A stretch of 64,000 nt of DNA. Origin: an uncultured Sterolibacteriaceae bacterium. Its GTDB lineage: Bacteria > Pseudomonadota > Gammaproteobacteria > Burkholderiales > Rhodocyclaceae. The notes beneath the pieces are model-generated. The model saw only the letters and a list, made by a program, of their open reading frames with translations, searched no databases and was not told the DNA's origin. Below, piece after piece: positions 58,319-64,000 of the stretch (positions are counted from its first letter, which is position 1; each line of letters opens with the position of its first letter). Position numbers and translations under genes: made by a program. The stretch is from contig CALARK010000007.1 of NCBI GenBank assembly GCA_937888595.1, forward strand, positions 23,995 through 87,994, read 5' to 3'.

Positions 58319-59713
58319 ATGAGCCACGTTGTGTCGTGGATGCTGGCGGCTGCCGGCGTCCTGGCCTCGCTTCCCGCCAGCGCGGACGAGGACCTGAAAG
58401 CCTTGCGCACCGAAATCGCGCAAATGAAGCACGCCTACGAGCAGCGCATCGCCGCGCTGGAGCAGCGCCTGGCCCTCGCCGCGCAGGCCGGGCATGTCGC
58501 CGACGGACCGGCCGACGGGCATGCGGAGCATTTCCACGCGGCCGATGAGGGCAGCGAGCCCGAAATGGGGCTGGTCCTGCAGGGGCGCTTCAGAAAGATG
58601 AAGGAGATGGAGGCGGAGGCGCGTGCCGTGGCGGGTTACTGGCCGGCCGGCCACGACCACGATGGAAACGAGCGTGGTTTCTCGCTGCAGCATGCCGAAC
58701 TGAGGCTGGCGGCGAATGTCGGTGCGAAGTTTCGTGGCGTGGCGCGCTTCGCCGTGGGCGAGGCGGGCGACGTGGAGGTGGAAGAGGCGAGTTTCACCAC
58801 GCTGGGCCTCGGCCACGGATGGATGGTGCGCGGCGGCCGCTTCGCTTCCGGCGTCGGCTACCAGAATGCCCGGCATCCGCACGAATGGGATTTCGCCGAT
58901 GCGAGCCTGATGCAGGTAGCCCTGTTCGGCGCGGAGGGCTACCGCCAGGATGGACTGCAACTGCAGTGGGCGGCCCCGACCGCGTCCTTGTTGGCGTTCG
59001 GCGCCGAACTCGGCCGCGGGGCGACTTTCCCGGGCACCGATCGCAACAGGAACGGCGCCGGCGCCGTCGCACTCTTCGCCCGGGTGGGCGGTCCGCGTGG
59101 CGATGGGTCTGCCTGGCAGGCCGGCCTGTCCTATCTCGGCACGCGCGCCGAGGGTCGCGAGGCGCACTTCGAGGACACCGACCCCCTCGGCCCCAACGAG
59201 GTGTCCGGCGCATTCTCCGGACGCAGCCGCACATTGATCGCCGATTTCGTCTGGCAGTGGGCCCCGCAAGGCGACGGGCAAACGGGCGGCGTCAGGTTCC
59301 AGGCGGAGGTGTTCAGGCGCAGCGAAAACGGCACGCTCGGCTGCACTTCCGATGTCGCCACCTCGCCCTGCCTGGGCGGTGTGTCACTCGGCGCGCTTGA
59401 TGCCCGCCAGACCGGCGGCTACTGGCAGGCGGTGTACCAGTTCCTGCCGCAGTGGCGGGTGGGCTATCGACATGACTGGCTGTCGCCGGGCCGCAAGTCC
59501 TACGATCCGGCCGTCGTGTTCGCCGCGCTCGATCGGGACGGCAGTTATTTCAGCGGCCACAAGCCGCGACGCGACAGCGCCATGGTTGATTGGGGCGACT
59601 CGGAGTCCTCCCGGCTGCGCCTGCAGTTCGCCCGCGACCGCTCGATGCCGGGCGTGACGGACCATCAGTGGACGCTGCAGTACATCATGCATCTCGGGTC
59701 GCACGCGCATTAG
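58319..59713 (+). CDS. Putative outer-membrane beta-barrel/porin-like protein with a His-rich N-terminal region
   Basis: 464 aa. Signal peptide, a coiled-coil segment ([27 protein letters not shown]), a [21 protein letters not shown] region, then alternating beta-strand-like sequence. Confidence 0.4.
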   Translation: MSHVVSWMLAAAGVLASLPASADEDLKALRTEIAQMKHAYEQRIAALEQRLALAAQAGHVADGPADGHAEHFHAADEGSEPEMGLVLQGRFRKMKEMEAEARAVAGYWPAGHDHDGNERGFSLQHAELRLAANVGAKFRGVARFAVGEAGDVEVEEASFTTLGLGHGWMVRGGRFASGVGYQNARHPHEWDFADASLMQVALFGAEGYRQDGLQLQWAAPTASLLAFGAELGRGATFPGTDRNRNGAGAVALFARVGGPRGDGSAWQAGLSYLGTRAEGREAHFEDTDPLGPNEVSGAFSGRSRTLIADFVWQWAPQGDGQTGGVRFQAEVFRRSENGTLGCTSDVATSPCLGGVSLGALDARQTGGYWQAVYQFLPQWRVGYRHDWLSPGRKSYDPAVVFAALDRDGSYFSGHKPRRDSAMVDWGDSESSRLRLQFARDRSMPGVTDHQWTLQYIMHLGSHAH

Positions 59714-59727
59714 CGGAATGCCGGCAG

Positions 59728-59751
59728 GCCGTCCTGCCGGCACCGACTTTT
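59728..59751 (-). repeat. 24-nt repeat copy p (intergenic, porin-like gene/hslV)
   Basis: Reverse complement AAAAGTCGGTGCCGGCAGGACGGC, 2 mismatches. Its left part pairs with upstream GCCGGCAGG to form a 9-bp hairpin. Confidence 0.8.
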
Positions 59752-59793
59752 CGGAGAAGTAGAATCGCCGCTTTCCATTTCGAAGGCGGGACC

Positions 59794-60330
59794 ATGGAGC
59801 AGTATCACGGCACGACCATCCTTTCCGTGCGGCGCGGCAACGTCGTCGCGCTCGGCGGCGACGGCCAGGTGACGCTCGGCAACATCGTCGTCAAGGCCAG
59901 CGCGCGCAAGATCCGCCGCCTGTACAACGAGAAGATCCTCGCCGGGTTCGCCGGTGGCACGGCCGACGCCTTCACCCTGTTCGAGCGCTTCGAGGCGAAG
60001 CTGGAGAAACACCAGGGCAACCTGCTGCGCTCGGCCGTCGAACTGGCGAAGGACTGGCGCACCGACCGCATGCTGCGCCGGCTTGAGGCGATGCTGGCCG
60101 TCGCCGACCGCGACAACTCGCTGATCATCACCGGCAATGGCGACGTGCTGGAACCGGAACTGGGCATCGTCGCGATCGGCAGCGGGGGCGCCTATGCGCA
60201 ATCCGCCGCCCGTGCGCTTCTGGAAAATACGGATCTGGTGCCTGCCGTGATCGTGAAGAAGTCGCTGGAGATCGCCGGCGATCTGTGCATCTACACCAAC
60301 CAGAACCACCTGATCGAGGTGCTGGAGTGA
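59794..60330 (+). CDS. hslV: ATP-dependent protease subunit HslV
   Basis: 178 aa. [29 protein letters not shown], with the N-terminal catalytic Thr after processing. Confidence 0.95.
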   Translation: MEQYHGTTILSVRRGNVVALGGDGQVTLGNIVVKASARKIRRLYNEKILAGFAGGTADAFTLFERFEAKLEKHQGNLLRSAVELAKDWRTDRMLRRLEAMLAVADRDNSLIITGNGDVLEPELGIVAIGSGGAYAQSAARALLENTDLVPAVIVKKSLEIAGDLCIYTNQNHLIEVLE

Positions 60331-60349
60331 GCCGGCAGGCCTGGCTCAG

Positions 60350-62455
60350 CTAAGCGCCGGCCGCGCCGGCACGCGCCTGCACATGGTGCGCGAAGGTGGC
60401 CGCATCCATCGGCCGGCCGAGCAGATAGCCTTGCACCTCGTTGCAGCCGAGCCTCTGCAGGGCGTGCAGCTGGTCGTTGATTTCCACCCCTTCGGCGACG
60501 ACCGACAGCCCGAGCGTATGCGCCATGGCGACGACGGCGGCGGCGATGGCGGCATCGTCCTCGTTGTGGTGAAGCTCGTTGATGAAGGAGCGGTCGATCT
60601 TCACTTCGTCGATGGGGAAACGGCGCAGGTAGGACAGGCTCGAATAGCCGGTGCCGAAGTCGTCGAGCGAAAGCGTGATGCCGAGCTGCTTGAGGGCACG
60701 CAGTGTGAGCAGTGCGCTATCCACATCGTGCATCACCATGCTCTCGGTCATTTCGAAGGTGAACGCCGACGGGTCGGCGCCGGTGGCGACGAGATCGTAT
60801 TGCACGAGGTCGGGCAGGTCTTCCTGGCGGAATTGCCGTGCCGACAGGTTGATCGAGATTTTCAGCGGCGGCAGGCCGGCGTCGCGCCAGGCGGCCTGCT
60901 GGCGGAAGGCTTCCTGCATGACCCAGCTGCCGATCTGCAGGATCAGGCCGGTTTCTTCGGCAAGCGGGATGAACTCGCCCGGATGGGTGAGGCCGATGCC
61001 CGGCTGCTCCCAGCGCACCAGCGCCTCGGCGCCGACGATCCGGCCGGACTTGACGTCGACCTTGGGCTGGTAGTGCAGGATGAATTCCTCGCGGTCCACC
61101 GCACGGCGCAGGGCGGTCTCCATGTCGACGCGGTCGATGGCCTGGTGGGCCATGTCGGGGCTGTAGCTGCGCACGCTGTTGCGTCCGAGCGTCTTGACGC
61201 GGTACATCGCCATGTCGGCGTTCCGCAGCAGGATCTCGCCGTGTTCGCCGTCGCGCGGGTAAAGGGCCAGGCCGATGCTGGCGCCGACGTACAGCTCGCG
61301 CTGGTCGATGACGACCGGCGCCGCCATCGCGGCCACCATCTTCTGCGCCACCTGCTCGGCATCCTCGGCACGCGCGAGGTCGGTCAGCACGACGACGAAT
61401 TCGTCGCCACCGAGGCGCGCCACGGTGTCCGTCTCGCGCACGCACTGCCGCAGCCGCCCCGCGATTTCCTTGAGCAGGATGTCGCCGGTCGAATGGCCGT
61501 AGGCATCGTTGATGTGCTTGAAATGGTCGAGGTCGAGCAGCGCGAGGGCCACCTGGCGGCGCGAGCGGCGCGCCATGGCGATGGCCTGGGCGATCCGGTC
61601 GTTGAGCAGACTGCGGTTGGCGAGCCCGGTCAGCGTGTCGTGGGAGGCCTGGTGCTCCAGCACTTCCTGATAGTGCATGCGGTCGCTGACGTCGTTGATG
61701 ATGCTGACGAAGTGCGTGATGTCGTCGCGCGTCGCATCGCTGATCGGGGCGATGAACAGTTCGTTCCAGAACATCGTGCCGTCCTTGCGGTAGTTGCGCA
61801 GGATGGCGTGGCCGGGCCGGCGTTCGCGCAGTGCGGCGCGGATTTCGTCGAGACCGATCTGGGAAAGATCGTCGCGCACCAGGAAGCGGCCGATGCGTCC
61901 GACCGCCTCCTGCGCACTGTAGCCGGTGATGCGCTCGAAGGCCGGGTTGACATAGAGGATCGAGTGATCGTCGGCATCGGCCCGGCTGATCATGACCCCG
62001 TTGTTGGTCGAGGCCAGCGCCTGCTCGCGCAGCAGCAGTGCCGACTCGATCTCGCGCAGGTGGGTAATGTCCTCCTTGATGGCGATCAGCCGCGTGATCT
62101 CGCCCGCGGCATTGCGCAGCGGCGAGATGAACTGGCGTTCCCAGTAGAGGTCGCCGTTCCTGCGCCGGTTGCGGATCGTGCCCTGCCATGATTCGCCGGC
62201 GCTGATGCGCGCCCACATTTCACGATACTGGCGATCGGAGGTTTCGCCCGACTGCCAGAGCGCGGGGGTCGCACCCTCGATGTCGCTGAATGCATAGCCG
62301 GTCATCGCGGTGAAAGCCGGGTTGCAATAGACGATCCGGCCCCCCGGGTCGGTGATCACGACCGCGTGGGGATTCTGCTCGATGGCATGGAAGAGCAGCG
62401 CATGGCGCGTCTCCAAGTCCTCCGGGGCGATGGATTCAGGCAGGCTGGCGATCAT
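60350..62455 (-). CDS. PAS-PAS-GGDEF-EAL c-di-GMP signalling protein
   Basis: 701 aa. Two PAS domains (NPHAVVITDPGGRIVYCNPAF; NNGVMISRADADDHSILYVNPAF), a GGDEF domain (RLGGDEFVV) and an EAL domain (EALVRWEQP...DDFGTGYSSL). Confidence 0.9.
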   Translation of the reverse strand: MIASLPESIAPEDLETRHALLFHAIEQNPHAVVITDPGGRIVYCNPAFTAMTGYAFSDIEGATPALWQSGETSDRQYREMWARISAGESWQGTIRNRRRNGDLYWERQFISPLRNAAGEITRLIAIKEDITHLREIESALLLREQALASTNNGVMISRADADDHSILYVNPAFERITGYSAQEAVGRIGRFLVRDDLSQIGLDEIRAALRERRPGHAILRNYRKDGTMFWNELFIAPISDATRDDITHFVSIINDVSDRMHYQEVLEHQASHDTLTGLANRSLLNDRIAQAIAMARRSRRQVALALLDLDHFKHINDAYGHSTGDILLKEIAGRLRQCVRETDTVARLGGDEFVVVLTDLARAEDAEQVAQKMVAAMAAPVVIDQRELYVGASIGLALYPRDGEHGEILLRNADMAMYRVKTLGRNSVRSYSPDMAHQAIDRVDMETALRRAVDREEFILHYQPKVDVKSGRIVGAEALVRWEQPGIGLTHPGEFIPLAEETGLILQIGSWVMQEAFRQQAAWRDAGLPPLKISINLSARQFRQEDLPDLVQYDLVATGADPSAFTFEMTESMVMHDVDSALLTLRALKQLGITLSLDDFGTGYSSLSYLRRFPIDEVKIDRSFINELHHNEDDAAIAAAVVAMAHTLGLSVVAEGVEINDQLHALQRLGCNEVQGYLLGRPMDAATFAHHVQARAGAAGA

Positions 62456-62557
62456 CTTAAATATAACTTTCTATAGAAATAATAGTACCACCCCGGGGCG
62501 CGTACCGCATCCGGCCGGGTGTGGAATAATCCTCGCTCTTCAATGCCCTTTCCCGCC

Positions 62558-63904
62558 ATGACCCAGATGACCCCCGCCGAGATCGTCTCGGAACTCGACA
62601 AGCACATCGTCGGCCAGGCGCGCGCCAAGCGTGCCGTAGCCATTGCCTTGCGCAACCGCTGGCGCCGTGCGCAGGTGGCCGAGCCGCTGCGTACCGAGAT
62701 CACGCCGAAGAACATACTGATGATCGGCCCGACCGGCGTCGGCAAGACCGAGATCGCGCGCCGGCTGGCGCGGCTGGCCAACGCGCCCTTCATCAAGGTC
62801 GAGGCGACCAAGTTCACCGAGGTCGGCTACGTCGGCCGTGACGTCGACACCATCATTCGCGACCTCGCCGAGACGGCGATCAAGAACGCCCGCGAGCAGG
62901 CCATGAAGCAGGTGCGCGACCGCGCACTCGATGCCGCCGAGGACCGCGTGCTCGACGTGCTGCTGCCGCCGGCGAGGGCAACAATGGGGTTCGGAGAAGT
63001 CGGCGCCGGCGGGACGGCGACCGAGGAAACCGGGACGCGCCAGAAATTCCGCAAGAAGCTGCGCGAGGGCGAGCTCGACGACAAGGAGATCGATGTCGAG
63101 ATCGCCGCACCGGCCGCCAGCATGGAGATCCTCGCGCCGCCCGGCATGGAGGACCTGAGCCAGCAGCTGCAGGGCATGTTCCAGAACCTCGGCGGCGGCC
63201 GCAAGAAGTCGCGCCGCATGCGCATCGCCGACGCCCTGAAGGCGCTGGCCGACGAGGAAGCCGCACGCCTGATCAACGACGAGGAGGTGAAGGCGGCGGC
63301 GCTGAAGAACGTCGAGCAGAATGGCATCGTCTTCCTCGACGAGATGGACAAGATCGCCTCGCGCAGCGAGACGCAGGGCGCCGACGTGTCGCGCCAGGGC
63401 GTGCAGCGCGACCTGCTGCCGTTGGTCGAGGGCACGACGGTGTCGACCAAGTACGGCATGATCAAGACCGACCACATCCTGTTCATCGCCAGCGGTGCTT
63501 TCCATTTCGCCAAGCCGTCCGACCTGATTCCCGAATTGCAGGGCCGCTTCCCGATCCGCGTCGAACTCGACTCGCTGTCGGTCGACGATTTCGAGCGCAT
63601 CCTCACGCAGACCGATGCCTGCCTGACGCGACAGTACGAAGCGCTGCTGGATACCGAGGGCGTGAAGCTGGATTTCACTGCCGACGGCATCCGGCGTCTG
63701 GCGCAGATCGCCTTCGAGGTGAACGAGAAGACCGAGAATATCGGCGCCCGCCGCCTCTATACGGTGATGGAGCGCCTGCTCGAGGAGATTTCCTATACGG
63801 CCGGCACGGCGGCGGCGACTGCCCTGAGCGTCGATGCCGCCTACGTCGATGCGCGCCTGGCCGAGCTGGCGCGGCACGAGGACCTGTCCCGCTACGTGCT
63901 GTAA
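62558..63904 (+). CDS. hslU: ATP-dependent protease ATPase subunit HslU
   Basis: Start at [20 protein letters not shown] (ATG 62558). [15 protein letters not shown] Walker A and [10 protein letters not shown]. One repeat copy (EVGAGGTA) in the I-domain. Confidence 0.95.
   Translation: MTQMTPAEIVSELDKHIVGQARAKRAVAIALRNRWRRAQVAEPLRTEITPKNILMIGPTGVGKTEIARRLARLANAPFIKVEATKFTEVGYVGRDVDTIIRDLAETAIKNAREQAMKQVRDRALDAAEDRVLDVLLPPARATMGFGEVGAGGTATEETGTRQKFRKKLREGELDDKEIDVEIAAPAASMEILAPPGMEDLSQQLQGMFQNLGGGRKKSRRMRIADALKALADEEAARLINDEEVKAAALKNVEQNGIVFLDEMDKIASRSETQGADVSRQGVQRDLLPLVEGTTVSTKYGMIKTDHILFIASGAFHFAKPSDLIPELQGRFPIRVELDSLSVDDFERILTQTDACLTRQYEALLDTEGVKLDFTADGIRRLAQIAFEVNEKTENIGARRLYTVMERLLEEISYTAGTAAATALSVDAAYVDARLAELARHEDLSRYVL
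62994..63017 (+). repeat. 24-nt repeat copy q (inside hslU I-domain)
   Basis: AGAAGTCGGCGCCGGCGGGACGGC, 1 mismatch. Read as EVGAGGTA. Confidence 0.85.
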
Positions 63905-63910
63905 GCGGCG

Positions 63911-64000
63911 ATGGCCATGCTGTGGCGCATCGTCGCCATCGTCTTCCCGATCTTCGCCATCATCGCGGCGGGCTGGCTCTACGCCCGCTATCGGCAGTCG
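63911..64000 (+). CDS. Membrane protein, N-terminal 30 codons only (AEC / auxin-efflux-carrier-like start)
   Basis: MAMLWRIVAIVFPIFAIIAAGWLYARYRQS. The ORF runs off the window edge. Confidence 0.35.
   Translation, partial: MAMLWRIVAIVFPIFAIIAAGWLYARYRQS

Noticed and set aside
59714-59793. A sigma32 heat-shock promoter upstream of hslV, and similarly upstream of hslU at 62456-62557.
   Set aside because: There is no convincing CTTGAA-N13-17-CCCCATNT match; only a weak CTTTCCATTT resemblance.

Overview
Visibly high-GC, densely coding chromosomal segment. Gene content and synteny suggest a betaproteobacterium, possibly Rhodocyclales-like, but that placement is inference only. I call about 70 genes, mostly housekeeping. 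They include ccmBA, an rnf operon with a 1635-aa pyruvate:ferredoxin oxidoreductase (PFOR) inserted in it, two tRNA-Lys genes, queCE and the full ybgC-tolQRAB-pal-cpoB cluster. They also include an interrupted ruvCAB region, a SAH-riboswitch-controlled ahcY-tlyA-metF operon, metK, two lpxL paralogs, dapF-DUF484-xerC, rlmI and a split hslV/hslU pair. Three regions look accessory. The first is a TonB-dependent receptor plus orphan periplasmic binding protein module, duplicated and ending in a membrane diguanylate cyclase (30.9-37.9 kb). The second is a Zur-centred zinc-uptake island (53.7-59.7 kb). The third is a PAS-GGDEF-EAL gene wedged between hslV and hslU. The most unusual signal is not a gene. 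An oriented, non-palindromic 24-nt repeat (consensus AAAAGTCGGCGCCGGCGGGACGGC) occurs 18 times in 64 kb on both strands. Eight copies are intergenic and ten lie in frame inside conserved ORFs (PFOR, rnfG, queE, tolA, ruvA, tlyA, lpxL, hslU and others). That pattern resembles DNA-uptake-signal-type elements more than REP, MITE or CRISPR repeats. No CRISPR array, IS element, prophage or rRNA was seen. All calls come from reading translations and motifs by eye; no database search was run.
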